From: Candidatus Ozemobacteraceae bacterium | Lineage (GTDB): Bacteria; Muiribacteriota; Ozemobacteria; Ozemobacterales; Ozemobacteraceae | Length of the DNA stretch: 64,000 nt | Assembly (NCBI GenBank): GCA_965140445.1 | Contig: OZ223236.1 | Span: 608,001-672,000, forward strand | Direction of reading: 5' to 3' | Shown here: positions 19,407 through 29,163 of the stretch, piece after piece | Layout of the letters: each line of letters starts with the position of its first letter | Position numbering within the stretch: position 1 is the stretch's first letter | Translations under genes and position numbers: made by a program | The notes under the pieces: model-generated | Seen by the model: only the letters and a program-made list of their open reading frames with translations | What the model was told of the DNA's origin: nothing | The model's database searches: none

Positions 19407-21512
19407 ATGAAAAATCGTAGCGCTAAGTCTTTTTGCTTTTTGAAGGTATTGATCTGGCTTGTTTTAGTTTTTGCTGGCCATATTGTTAGTGCTGCGAATA
19501 TAGGGATATACCCCGGAAGCTTTGATCCAATACATACCGGGCACCTGGAAGTTGCTCGCTCAGCTCTCATAAAGCTTAAGCTTGATGCGGTTTATCTTAT
19601 GCCAAATGGTACAAACCCAAGAAAGCCAAATATGAGCCCTATTAAGGCGCGTGCAGAGATTATTAAGGCCGCGCTGAAAGAGCAGAATTTAGAACAGATA
19701 AAGCTTTTTCCGGTTGAGAAAATTGAAGAGTCGGCTCAGGCCGGCGATCCAAAAGATGCGCCAGTTAGAATTCTTGAGCTTGCAAGAAAAAGTTTTCCCA
19801 AAGATTGTATCTATCAAATTCTGGGGACCGATTCTGTTTTTAAGGTTCTTCAGGGATCGGGATACAAAAGGATTAATAGAAACTGGCGCCTGGCAGTCTG
19901 CAATCGGCCAGGAATTAAAGCAGAAAAGATAGAAAAAGCTGAACATTTAAAACGAATGGGACTGGTTAAATATTTTGATAGTTTTTCTGATCAGGTGATT
20001 TCTTCATCGGCTATACGAAAAGCCTGTAAGAGCGGAGATTTAGATTTTTTAAGATCTGTGTTGCCTGAAAGCGCTTATAAAGAGATTGTGAGGCAGGGTG
20101 CTCATGGTCTGGATAAAACCTCTCAGTGGCTTGAAGAATTACTCAAATTCGATTGGGATACTATTCCAACAGACAATTATCCAAGATCTGAGCCAATAAT
20201 GATTAATCAGAGTTATCAAAAGTCTCCAGAGTTTGGTAGCTTTGAAGTTTCTCGCCACAATCCTTTGTCAGAGGCAATAGACGTAGATTTTTCTGGCTCT
20301 CATTCATTGGGAGATTTACGTATGTATCTTACCGAGAGACTTACGCCTGTAGGAATGCAGATATTAGCTAATCCAGAAGTTGAAGTAATGATATTTCAGG
20401 GTGGGCAAAAACAGCTTTCAAATTGGCTGTCTGCACATGAGATTTTTAAAGGAATAAGAGTTACTCGAAATCGCACATACATAACAATGGGTATTCATCT
20501 GGTCAAAAAAGCGGATGGAAAATTTCTGGCAATAATAGATGAAGTTTACGGCCTGGACAGAATGAGACATACTCAATCTCTGGTTTCTGCTGCTTTAGCT
20601 CTTGGTGGTCGCGATAAAACAAATTTCTATACCATGTCTGAAACCCATGAAAAAGCTTCGGCAAAAATGAGGCAGACTTATTCTCAAAATTTACAGCCTG
20701 TTATTCCGGGGACCATTGACGCAGTAATAATTGGTTTTCATTGGAAAATCATTAATAGCCTTGAGCAGAGACATTCATTGTTTAAAATGACTAATAATAA
20801 AATTGCTCTGACAAATGGCAAAATTGCTCATGATTGGAGAAGAAGGATTCTTAGCTTAAATAGCAAGGTTGATTGGCACTCATGGCCACGTAGATATTTC
20901 CCAAGGCAGGATATTCCGTTCTCTTATCTGGCATTTAAAAATGCTCAGGGGAAAGCTGTTAATATTCTTCTGTGCCGTAACGTCTATGGAGACCAGCTAG
21001 AATCACTTTTAGATGTTCTGATCATTGAAAAAAAGATTCGCAAAATTATCTTATTCGGTAATGCGGGTGGATTGGCTGCTGATGCTGCTGTTGGCGATAG
21101 GTATTTTCCCGATGAAGTTAGAAGATTTAACACTTCATGGACCCCTGTTAAAAATGGCCTGATAAGCCAATACAAAGGATCGGGAGGTTTTAAAACTGGA
21201 AGAATTTTTTCTGTATTCTCTCCTGTAATAGAAAGCAATGCTTTTATTGCAGATTTAAAGAGCCAAAATGCAGATCTGGTAGATGTTGAGAATGGTTACA
21301 TTCCTGATTTTTATAAAAAATTCGAGCAGGAAAAAGTGGATATTGCATCAGTAGTTGTTGTTTCTGATGTGCCAGGGTCCCACGAAACTCTTGCGCATCT
21401 TAAAGAAAACGAAAAACAGATGGGCGAATCCATTACCCAATGCATTGACGCTATAATAAAGTATCTTGGCGTTGTCGGTCCAAGCAAACATCCCTTTCCA
21501 ATTGCTAATTGA
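19407..21512 (+). CDS. NadD-like nucleotidyltransferase fused to a nucleoside-phosphorylase-like domain, with signal peptide
   Basis: GIYPGSFDPIHTGH, ILGTDS, ISSSAIRK; C-terminal LFGNAGGL, ADLVDVEN, VVVVSDVP. Confidence 0.7.
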   Translation: MKNRSAKSFCFLKVLIWLVLVFAGHIVSAANIGIYPGSFDPIHTGHLEVARSALIKLKLDAVYLMPNGTNPRKPNMSPIKARAEIIKAALKEQNLEQIKLFPVEKIEESAQAGDPKDAPVRILELARKSFPKDCIYQILGTDSVFKVLQGSGYKRINRNWRLAVCNRPGIKAEKIEKAEHLKRMGLVKYFDSFSDQVISSSAIRKACKSGDLDFLRSVLPESAYKEIVRQGAHGLDKTSQWLEELLKFDWDTIPTDNYPRSEPIMINQSYQKSPEFGSFEVSRHNPLSEAIDVDFSGSHSLGDLRMYLTERLTPVGMQILANPEVEVMIFQGGQKQLSNWLSAHEIFKGIRVTRNRTYITMGIHLVKKADGKFLAIIDEVYGLDRMRHTQSLVSAALALGGRDKTNFYTMSETHEKASAKMRQTYSQNLQPVIPGTIDAVIIGFHWKIINSLEQRHSLFKMTNNKIALTNGKIAHDWRRRILSLNSKVDWHSWPRRYFPRQDIPFSYLAFKNAQGKAVNILLCRNVYGDQLESLLDVLIIEKKIRKIILFGNAGGLAADAAVGDRYFPDEVRRFNTSWTPVKNGLISQYKGSGGFKTGRIFSVFSPVIESNAFIADLKSQNADLVDVENGYIPDFYKKFEQEKVDIASVVVVSDVPGSHETLAHLKENEKQMGESITQCIDAIIKYLGVVGPSKHPFPIAN

Positions 21513-21586
21513 AGTAGGTAAGGCGAAATTTAAAGCTGCAATTTATATACTGTTCTTTTGTGTGACTAAGTGTTACTATTCGCCAT

Positions 21587-22756
21587 ATGAAGAACAAGAC
21601 CTTTCAAAGGGATAAAGTTTTAACAATTTCGTTTGGTCATCTTGCGCATGATACCTATTCGTCATTTCTTGGGCCTTTGCTTCCGGAGTTGATTAGTAAA
21701 CTTGGCATAAGCCTTGTTGCTGCAGGATTTTTGGATGTAATAAGACGAATTCCTTCAATCCTTACCCCTCTTGTTGGATTTATTGCCGACAGTGTAAGTT
21801 TAAAATATCTGACCATTCTGACTCCTTCATTGACAGCTATTTGCATGAGCTTGCTTGGTATTGCTCCAAATTATATGGTTCTCGCTTTGCTACTTTTTGT
21901 AACAGGAATCAGTGCGGCCCTTTTCCATATTCCTTCTCCAGTAATTATTAGTCGGGTTTCTGGCAAAAAGGTTTCTACTGGAATGGGTTTTTACATGTTC
22001 GGGGGCGAAATGGCCAGAACTCTTGGCCCTTTGCTTATAACAGCTGCAGTTTCATATTGGGGTCTGGAAGGATCAGTCAGGGTTATGCCTCTCGGATTTA
22101 TTGCATCCGCATTGTTGTATATAAAATTAAAAGATTTTGATTTTTCTAATAAGGACAGGCAAAAAAAAGACCTGGAAAGCGTCAAAATTACTTTTAAAAA
22201 GCTATTGCCTTTCTTTTTTAAGATATTCATTTTTCTGGCTTTTGGTGCGGGCTTAAAAATAGCCTTAACTGTCTTTTTAACTACTTTTTTGATCCATGAA
22301 GGAGACAGTTTCTGGCAAGCGGGAATTAATCTCTCGATATTGCAGCTTTCTGGAGCTTTCAGCACTATCTTTGCTGGAATGTTGGCTGAAAAAATTTCCT
22401 GCAGAAATACACTTTTGATTTCATCCTTGGGAACGCCTTTGATGATGATTTTTTTTATAAATTTTCCAGAGTATAGGATTTTGTCACTTACATTACTGGG
22501 AATGTTTATTTTTATACCGGGTCCGGTAATTCTTACCATGGTCCAAAAATCGAGTTTTGAACGGCCAGCATTTGTTAATAGCGTTTATATGACTATAAAC
22601 TTTTCCATTAGTGCAGTTATGGCAATGCTTGTGGGCTATGTTGGAGATATAACAAGCCTGGCAAAGACCTATGAAATTTTTACCTGGGTTTCTCTATTGG
22701 CAATCCCGGTGGTGTTTATGTTTAAATCTGGCAATGAAAGCTCATCTATCCGATAG
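21587..22756 (+). CDS. MFS transporter, Fsr-like
   Basis: ~12 TM; GHLAHDTYSSFLGPLLP, ALFH, GGEMARTLGPL. Confidence 0.88.
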   Translation: MKNKTFQRDKVLTISFGHLAHDTYSSFLGPLLPELISKLGISLVAAGFLDVIRRIPSILTPLVGFIADSVSLKYLTILTPSLTAICMSLLGIAPNYMVLALLLFVTGISAALFHIPSPVIISRVSGKKVSTGMGFYMFGGEMARTLGPLLITAAVSYWGLEGSVRVMPLGFIASALLYIKLKDFDFSNKDRQKKDLESVKITFKKLLPFFFKIFIFLAFGAGLKIALTVFLTTFLIHEGDSFWQAGINLSILQLSGAFSTIFAGMLAEKISCRNTLLISSLGTPLMMIFFINFPEYRILSLTLLGMFIFIPGPVILTMVQKSSFERPAFVNSVYMTINFSISAVMAMLVGYVGDITSLAKTYEIFTWVSLLAIPVVFMFKSGNESSSIR

Positions 22757-22837
22757 CAGCGAAGTTTTGGAATTGATAAATTCATGGTTCCCACTTTTTA
22801 AACCATTGCTCGTTTTAAAATAATTAAAAAAAAATTC

Positions 22838-23023
22838 TATCCGCTGGTACGTACTCCAGATTCTTTATGTTTATCTTTGTTTGTTTTTGTCCGTCAATGT
22901 CCGTTAAAGCCTGAAAAATAAAGGTTAACAAAACATCATCTTCGGTCGAAAAAGTTTATGGATTTGTTTGCCTCCTTATTTTTCAGTCCGGGTCATTTTT
23001 TATGAGCCCGGTCTTTTTTTTTT
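22838..23023 (+). ncRNA. Candidate structured ncRNA/leader with terminator, copy 2
   Basis: Direct repeat of 15507..15689 (offset 7331); CCGGGT...GCCCGG hairpin followed by T10. Confidence 0.5.
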
Positions 23024-23217
23024 CATCAAACCTCGTTTGATGAAAAAAACGTTTAATAACAGCGGCACAAGAATATTCATGTTAAAAAGAGCACAATTCG
23101 TGCTGGTCGTGCCAGATTATCTTATGTTTGAAGGCATCTTAAATTTATAAGTTATTATTATTTCAGTTACCCGTATACAGATATTGAATAAAGCATAATT
23201 TAAGGAGCACTACTTTT

Positions 23218-23544
23218 ATGTCTTCAAGCCAGGAAACAGTGGATTTCATAGTTGATCAGATTGAAAACTGTGGTGATGTATATGCCAGAAAAATGTTTGG
23301 CGAGTATGCTCTATATTGTGGAGTTAAGGTCGTGGGACTTATTTGCGATGATCAGCTATTCATAAAGCCAACCAAAGAAGGAGAAGCTTTTGTGGGGGCA
23401 GTGGAAAAGGGTGCCGCGTATCCGGGAGCCAAGCCGAGTTTTATTATTCCTGGCGATAAATGGGAAGATCGCGAGTGGCTCAGTGAGCTGATAAGAATTA
23501 CCGAGGGGGGCTTGCCACTTCCTAAGCCTAAAAAGAAGAAGTGA
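23218..23544 (+). CDS. TfoX/Sxy N-terminal domain protein
   Basis: RKMFGEYALY...GLICDDQLFIKPT...AYPGAKP...LPLPKPKKKK; AAGGAG RBS. Confidence 0.9.
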   Translation: MSSSQETVDFIVDQIENCGDVYARKMFGEYALYCGVKVVGLICDDQLFIKPTKEGEAFVGAVEKGAAYPGAKPSFIIPGDKWEDREWLSELIRITEGGLPLPKPKKKK

Positions 23545-23630
23545 AATTAAATATTTGAATAATCTTTCTTTGATCCTTTTAACTAGAAAACATATTTATT
23601 TAAATCGGCGTTTATCGCCAGTAGGAGAAG

Positions 23631-24218
23631 ATGTCTGTGAATAAAAAATGGATGATTTTTGTGCATTAGGCTTGGTTGCGCTTCTTTTAATTTTTCCAAT
23701 GACTTACAGGCATTTTATGGGGAAAAAATTGTTGATGGCTTTTACATAAATCTTACGCTGCCAGAAATCTGGCCAGAATATCTCATCTTCTTCGTGCAAT
23801 CAGTATTTATAGCTTTGTGGATAAAAGGCCTAACTTGGGAATCAATATCTGTTATGGCATGATTGTGTTTGGACAGGTGCATGCTCGCGGAAATGAAGGT
23901 TGGAAAACAACGGTTAAAAGCAATTTTGGTATTCTAGCATGTTCTTTTGGTCTTGAATCCCTTGCAGTTGACTTGTTCTATGGGGAAATTCCAGAAAGTG
24001 CGGAATCCAAAATTTTTTCTAAAGTAAAAGAGTTAAAAGCCACGTTCATAAGTTGGAAAGAAGTGGTCAGGGGAGAGTTTGAAAAAGCAGATTTCGAAAG
24101 CCTTGGATTTCCAAAAGATCCACTGCTGGGTGGGGAGCTAAGTTTCAAGCAATTTAACAAAAACAATTTAAGTTTTTCATTTGGCGAGGACAAAACAGAA
24201 GTTATCGAATTTCGCTAA
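23631..24218 (+). pseudogene. Possible frameshifted gene remnant
   Basis: AGGAG-preceded ATG at 23631 stops after 12 codons, followed by overlapping frames 23659..23862 and 23817..24218; no family recognised. Confidence 0.3.
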
Positions 24219-25312
24219 ATCTCAAATTGCTCAATGATCTTGCCCCCGCTGTCAAAGGTTTCTACTAAAACCCTCTCAAGAGTAATTCTAAGCTGCAAAA
24301 AGTGGCTACCATTAAATGTAAATACCGAATAGGGGTTCTTGTTCAGATCTGCTGGAACCTGAAAAGGTGCGCCACCACCACCTGTAACAATGTAGGTGAC
24401 CCCATTTTTGACGCTGCGCTCGTACATGTGATTATGGGCTGAAAATACACAGTTTACTCTGTATTTTTCAAAAATAGGGACCAGCTTATTGATCAACTCA
24501 TCGTTACAGCCATAATTACCAGAAGAAAACGGTGGTATGTGCAAACACACAAATCTCCATGTAACCTTCTTGCTTTCAGCTTCTTTCAAAGTTTTTTCCA
24601 AAAATGGAATCTGCAAATCCAACTTTTCTGAGCAGACGCTGGTCTCATTAACCCCATTCCATCCCGTTTCAAGCATTACAAAAAGTGCATTATAATACTC
24701 GAACTTATACCAGCTATCAGAACCTGATTGGGCGGATGAACCAAAAAAGAGCTGATTAAAAATCTGCGGGTCCACATCATGATTGCCCCTTATCGGCAAG
24801 AATGGCAGTTTTCGCAGCAAGGGGGCCTCAATCGCAAAAAAATTGTCCCAGTTATCAAAGCGCTCTCCCCGATCAACCAGGTCGCCTGCATTAATGTAAA
24901 ACTCTGGTTCAGGGAAGGTTCTGGCCATAGCTTCTACTATAAGTTTGTGCTCGCCGTTGTTGGTAATCAGCGCCGGTTCCTGATCATCTCCACGTGTGTC
25001 TCCGTAGACAAGAAAACTCCAGCTTTCAACAGAATTTTGCGCAGTTCTAAAACTATAAGGGCCACTTCTAGTTGTGCCATTTGAATCCTGGATCTGAATA
25101 AAATATTCATACTTGGTTCCTGGTGCCAGTTCGGACAACTCCAGAGAATGAAAAATCCCGTTGGACTTAACTGCCGATTTTTTTATTGTTTCGCTAATCA
25201 GAGCACAGCGGGCGGGTGAAAAGGTAGCCCACTTTATGCTGGCACGATTTTTTGTCACCAATCCAGTAATTGGACCCCATCTGATTAACTCTATTTTTTT
25301 CAAGTGTTCCAT
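24215..25312 (-). CDS. Purple acid phosphatase-like metallophosphoesterase
   Basis: FN3-like N-domain (LAPGTKYEY), YGDTR, GDLV, GNHD, HIPP, AHNHMYER, TGGGGAP. Confidence 0.9.
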   Translation of the reverse strand: MEHLKKIELIRWGPITGLVTKNRASIKWATFSPARCALISETIKKSAVKSNGIFHSLELSELAPGTKYEYFIQIQDSNGTTRSGPYSFRTAQNSVESWSFLVYGDTRGDDQEPALITNNGEHKLIVEAMARTFPEPEFYINAGDLVDRGERFDNWDNFFAIEAPLLRKLPFLPIRGNHDVDPQIFNQLFFGSSAQSGSDSWYKFEYYNALFVMLETGWNGVNETSVCSEKLDLQIPFLEKTLKEAESKKVTWRFVCLHIPPFSSGNYGCNDELINKLVPIFEKYRVNCVFSAHNHMYERSVKNGVTYIVTGGGGAPFQVPADLNKNPYSVFTFNGSHFLQLRITLERVLVETFDSGGKIIEQFEI

Positions 25313-25321
25313 TAATAAGCC

Positions 25322-25720
25322 TTAAAAGCCATGAAAATCAACGTATGCGGTAAATGCGTATTTGCAACTCGGAAAATTATTTGCTTTTGAATTTAGCTGC
25401 CTAAATTTTTCAATGTTTTCTTTTTCGCTTTTCAAATGAGCAATAGCTAGATTTTCATAGTATTCTCTGAAATTCAGCTTATGCTTTGTCAGCCACTTTA
25501 ATGCTTCTTTACTCCGATTTAAGTCCAGTAATAATGCCCCATAGTTTATTAAGATTGCTGGACTTTTGTTTCCTTTTTCAATTGAAGATTTTAACTCTTT
25601 CAGCAATTTGGAAAGCATTGAGGAATCAAGGCCGTCTTTCCAGATCTTCGAATACATTTCATATGAGTTTTGTTCGCTAATCACATTGATGCCCCATGGT
25701 ATTTTCTCTGTCACCTGCAT
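25322..25720 (-). CDS. Hypothetical TPR-like protein
   Basis: LINYGALLLDL...EALKWL...YENLAIAH helical-repeat pattern. Confidence 0.55.
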   Translation of the reverse strand: MQVTEKIPWGINVISEQNSYEMYSKIWKDGLDSSMLSKLLKELKSSIEKGNKSPAILINYGALLLDLNRSKEALKWLTKHKLNFREYYENLAIAHLKSEKENIEKFRQLNSKANNFPSCKYAFTAYVDFHGF

Positions 25721-25907
25721 AAAAGAAGACTGAATCTTTCAAAGACCACTTATCTCTCAATAGTGGTTTAGCACAGGATTTGTCTAGAAATATACCAAAA
25801 TATAAAAAATAGTTTTACTGCCAAAATTTTTCCTTAAAATTGACAAATTTTAAGCGCTTTCGGAATGTAAAAAATCGAAAACCCATATTTTGCGGGGTTT
25901 TGAGATG

Positions 25908-25924
25908 TTGGCACGAGATTTGCA
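25908..25924 (+). promoter_or_regulatory. sigma54 -24/-12 promoter
   Basis: TTGGCACGAGATTTGCA, near-consensus, 41 bp upstream of 25966. Confidence 0.8.
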
Positions 25925-25965
25925 TAATTGGCGGAACAAGTTTTCAAATATAAGGGGATAAGAAA

Positions 25966-26349
25966 ATGATTAAGAATTTGAAAGTTCTATTTGTAATACT
26001 TCTCGTAGTTTTGTCAGTGCCTTGCATGGCTCTTGATTGTTCGAAACTTTCTAAAGCAATGAATGAAGCAGCTTATGCTGGAGATTATGTTAATCATTTG
26101 ATGCATCCTGGAATGCCAAAACCTTGGACTAATCCAATGTATATGACCATGATGAATAAAATTTCAGATGCATGGAAAGTAATAACTGCAGAAGTTTGCA
26201 CTATTGAAAATAAAAAAGAAATTGAAAAATGTCAGGCTGTTATCGAAAGCTTTAAGCAGCTCCAGGGAACTTACAGAGACCTTGGACACCAGGTTCAGGT
26301 TAGTCTTGATGACAGAATCAAGTTCCTTGAAGCTCATGGAAGTCTTTAA
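25966..26349 (+). CDS. Exported helical hypothetical protein
   Basis: Signal peptide, AAGGGG RBS, own promoter and terminator. Confidence 0.75.
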   Translation: MIKNLKVLFVILLVVLSVPCMALDCSKLSKAMNEAAYAGDYVNHLMHPGMPKPWTNPMYMTMMNKISDAWKVITAEVCTIENKKEIEKCQAVIESFKQLQGTYRDLGHQVQVSLDDRIKFLEAHGSL

Positions 26350-26367
26350 TACATAAACGAAAATCAG

Positions 26368-26405
26368 AAAACCGCTTTGCAGATAAATGCAAAGCGGTTT
26401 TTTTT
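26368..26405 (+). terminator. Intrinsic terminator
   Basis: AAAACCGCTTTGCA/TGCAAAGCGGTTTT followed by a T-run. Confidence 0.8.
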
Positions 26406-26515
26406 GAAACTGAATAAAACTTTTTTGGATGTTTAACGTATTTTTAAGATTGGCATAGCAAATATTTTGCATTTATTTTTTATCTAAAATTAAAGAAGTC
26501 TATTTGGGGTAAGGA

Positions 26516-27682
26516 TTGATGAGGCAGTGGTTTTATTTACAATCAGGGCAAAAATTTGGTCCTGTTGAGCAAAATGAGCTGATTCAGATGATAAAAGATG
26601 GGCAATTGAGCCATCAGGATTTTATCTGGACCGATGGAATGCCCGAATGGGGAATGGTTGAGAAGTCACCATTTGCTAAACTCGTCCAAAACGAGTCTGC
26701 AAAAGAAAGCAATCTAAAAAAATCAGTATCTCCCGCTCCCGCTCCCGCTCCCGCTCCCGCGAGCGAATCTTTTTCTACAAAATCAGAAAAATCAGAAACT
26801 CAGAAAAACCCAATAGAGAATGGCAAAGAGCAAACTGCAAAAGAAATTTCAATTTCAGGAAAATCTTATAGACATTCGGGCATTTATGAACCCATTGGCT
26901 TTGCATACGTTCTAGGGATTGCTGGTGGTGGAACTATTTTGTTGGCTCTGATTTACAACCTCATTCTCAAGAATATGCCATTTGTTCAGTTTAACTTCCT
27001 GTTTGCCTGGGGATATGCCGTTGGATCTGGAAAGCTGATCAAAATTGGTGGCAAAATGGGAAAGATCCGGGATAATCAGATTTTAACCATAGCTGGCTTA
27101 GTAATGGGAACGTTTTCACTATATATTGCCTGGGTTATTTATATTTCAATGATGCAGGGCGGTATTGTTGTTTTTCCAACAACTCTTATGCGCCATATGG
27201 AAATGTTGGCAGAGAAGGGAAGCTGGGAATTCTTTGGTTCTACCTTTACAGGGGTTGAGCTTGTTGGAATCTGGGCTATCGAAGCTTTACTTATAATTGT
27301 ATATAGTGCTCTTGCTGCACAGGTTGACGAACCTTTCTGTGAAGACTGTCACGATTGGATTGAAGCCAGAGATGAAATTAGTCCCCTTGCTCCCACAAAG
27401 CGCGGAGAGCTAATCGGCAAAGCCATTCAAAGGGGTGACTTTTCCCTTTTAAAAGAGATTAAACGCGCGCCCGACGCTAAATCTGATCACACAAAGATTA
27501 CTATGCTTCGTTGTCTGGCATGCAATAAAAAACATTTTCTGACAGTTTCTTCCATTGCTATGCCAGGGAAATCAAATGGTGTTTCCAGGCGCAAGGAAAC
27601 ATTCATCGTAAAGAATTTGATTATAAATCAGGAAATATTTAAGTCTCTGATGACTAATTGGAAAGATCAAAACAGTATTTAG
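26516..27682 (+). CDS. GYF_2 (DUF4339) membrane protein with C-terminal Zn-ribbon, paralog 1
   Basis: WFYLQSGQKFGPV...IWTDGMPEW; ~4 TM; CEDC...CLAC. Confidence 0.85.
   Translation: MMRQWFYLQSGQKFGPVEQNELIQMIKDGQLSHQDFIWTDGMPEWGMVEKSPFAKLVQNESAKESNLKKSVSPAPAPAPAPASESFSTKSEKSETQKNPIENGKEQTAKEISISGKSYRHSGIYEPIGFAYVLGIAGGGTILLALIYNLILKNMPFVQFNFLFAWGYAVGSGKLIKIGGKMGKIRDNQILTIAGLVMGTFSLYIAWVIYISMMQGGIVVFPTTLMRHMEMLAEKGSWEFFGSTFTGVELVGIWAIEALLIIVYSALAAQVDEPFCEDCHDWIEARDEISPLAPTKRGELIGKAIQRGDFSLLKEIKRAPDAKSDHTKITMLRCLACNKKHFLTVSSIAMPGKSNGVSRRKETFIVKNLIINQEIFKSLMTNWKDQNSI
26731..26760. repeat. (TCCCGC)5 in-frame microsatellite encoding a Pro-Ala linker
   Basis: Five perfect hexamers read directly. 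Confidence 0.9.
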
Positions 27683-27842
27683 TTTCAAACAGCCTTTTTG
27701 TTAACCAAATTTCAACTTTTGTCGATTTAAAACTCACCTGAATGGAAATGCCTTATAAAGATAGGCTTTAACTTAAATGCTTAATTTTCAATTTGGGTCT
27801 TAATAGTTATAATTAAGAAAAATGTTATTGGGTGAGGGTGAA

Positions 27843-29141
27843 ATGCGACAGTGGTATTATTCGCAATCAGGACAGCAACTAGGCCCGGTTGAGCAAAATG
27901 ATTTAATTCAGATGATAAAAGAGGGGCGACTAAGTCATCAGGATTATATTTGGACTGAAGGAATGCCAGAATGGGGAGCTATTGAAAAGTCTCCTTTTGC
28001 TAAATTTGCTACTGCGCCGCATTCAGGGACAAGGCCAGTTAACACTGATATTCAGGATATAAATGAAACGGGTTCTCCAACTATGGAAGAGCCTGCCCAA
28101 CAAACTTTTGAGCCTGAACCTGCATATACTCCCCAGCTCCAATCTCAGCCTCAATCTCAACCCCAGCCACAGGCTCAGGATTTTTCTTCCAATATGCCTG
28201 TTAGCCCTCTAAGCCAGGGTGTTGTTGAATCTAAACCAGAAACCTTAAAATCTGGCGGAAGACTTATGGATTCAGCTGCAGACAAAAAGACCGAGGTTAA
28301 AGAGCCTAAAATTTCTGGAAAAAGCTACCAGCATTCTGGCAATTTTGAACCAATCGGTATGGCATATGTTCTTGGAATCGCTGGCGGTGGCATTCTTTTA
28401 ATGTCTCCAATTTATAGTGCTGGAATAAAGTATATTCCTATGATTTATTTGAACATTTTGCTTACTCTTGGATACGGTTTTGCATCAGGTTTTCTTGTTA
28501 ATCTTGGCGGAAAGATGGGTAAAGTGCGAAACAATCAGCTTTTGACCGTAACTGGTCTGTTGATGGGTGTTTATGCTCTTTATTGTGCCTGGGCATCATA
28601 CTTCACCATTGTTTTGGGGGAGATGGTTGTTTCTCCAATTACCATTATGAAATATATGGAAATTGTTTCTGAAAAAGGTAGCTGGTCTATTAAAGGATCT
28701 ATGGTTAATGGTGCAGCGCTCTACGCTGTGTGGGCAATTGAGGCACTCATAATAATTATTACAGGAGCTTTTTCAGCAAAAATAGAAGAGCCTTTCTGTG
28801 AAGATTGCAACGACTGGATTGAAACCAAAGATGAGATTGGACCGCTTGAGCCAACATTACATGGAGATCTGATCGCCAAGGCTCTCCAAAGAAGCGATTT
28901 TACAATTCTAAAAGCAATAAAGCCGTCTATGGACAGTGAGTCCGATCACACCAAATTAACCATGCTTCGCTGTTTGGCCTGCAATAAGAAATTCTTTTTG
29001 ACTGTAACTTCGGTGGCGTTCGTAATCAATTCAAAGGGAAAAAGTGAGCGGAGCGAAACTCATATCGTAAAAAATCTCATCATCAATCAGGAAATCTTTA
29101 AATCTCTCATGGCCAACTGGAAAGGTGCTGGCGGTTTCTAA
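27843..29141 (+). CDS. GYF_2 (DUF4339) membrane protein with C-terminal Zn-ribbon, paralog 2
   Basis: WYYSQSGQQLGPV...IWTEGMPEW; collinear with paralog 1; ATG after GAGGG. Confidence 0.85.
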   Translation: MRQWYYSQSGQQLGPVEQNDLIQMIKEGRLSHQDYIWTEGMPEWGAIEKSPFAKFATAPHSGTRPVNTDIQDINETGSPTMEEPAQQTFEPEPAYTPQLQSQPQSQPQPQAQDFSSNMPVSPLSQGVVESKPETLKSGGRLMDSAADKKTEVKEPKISGKSYQHSGNFEPIGMAYVLGIAGGGILLMSPIYSAGIKYIPMIYLNILLTLGYGFASGFLVNLGGKMGKVRNNQLLTVTGLLMGVYALYCAWASYFTIVLGEMVVSPITIMKYMEIVSEKGSWSIKGSMVNGAALYAVWAIEALIIIITGAFSAKIEEPFCEDCNDWIETKDEIGPLEPTLHGDLIAKALQRSDFTILKAIKPSMDSESDHTKLTMLRCLACNKKFFLTVTSVAFVINSKGKSERSETHIVKNLIINQEIFKSLMANWKGAGGF

Positions 29142-29163
29142 GAATCTGGGTAAATTTGGAGAG

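Noticed and set aside
21991..22539. Long antisense ORFs (also 35851..36306, 58289..58681 and those opposite the Lys-rich genes)
   Set aside because: Fully overlap well-supported genes on the other strand and show no protein-like motifs.
26450..26472. sigma54 promoter TTGGCATAGCAAATATTTTGCA
   Set aside because: GG-to-GC spacing is not 10 bp.
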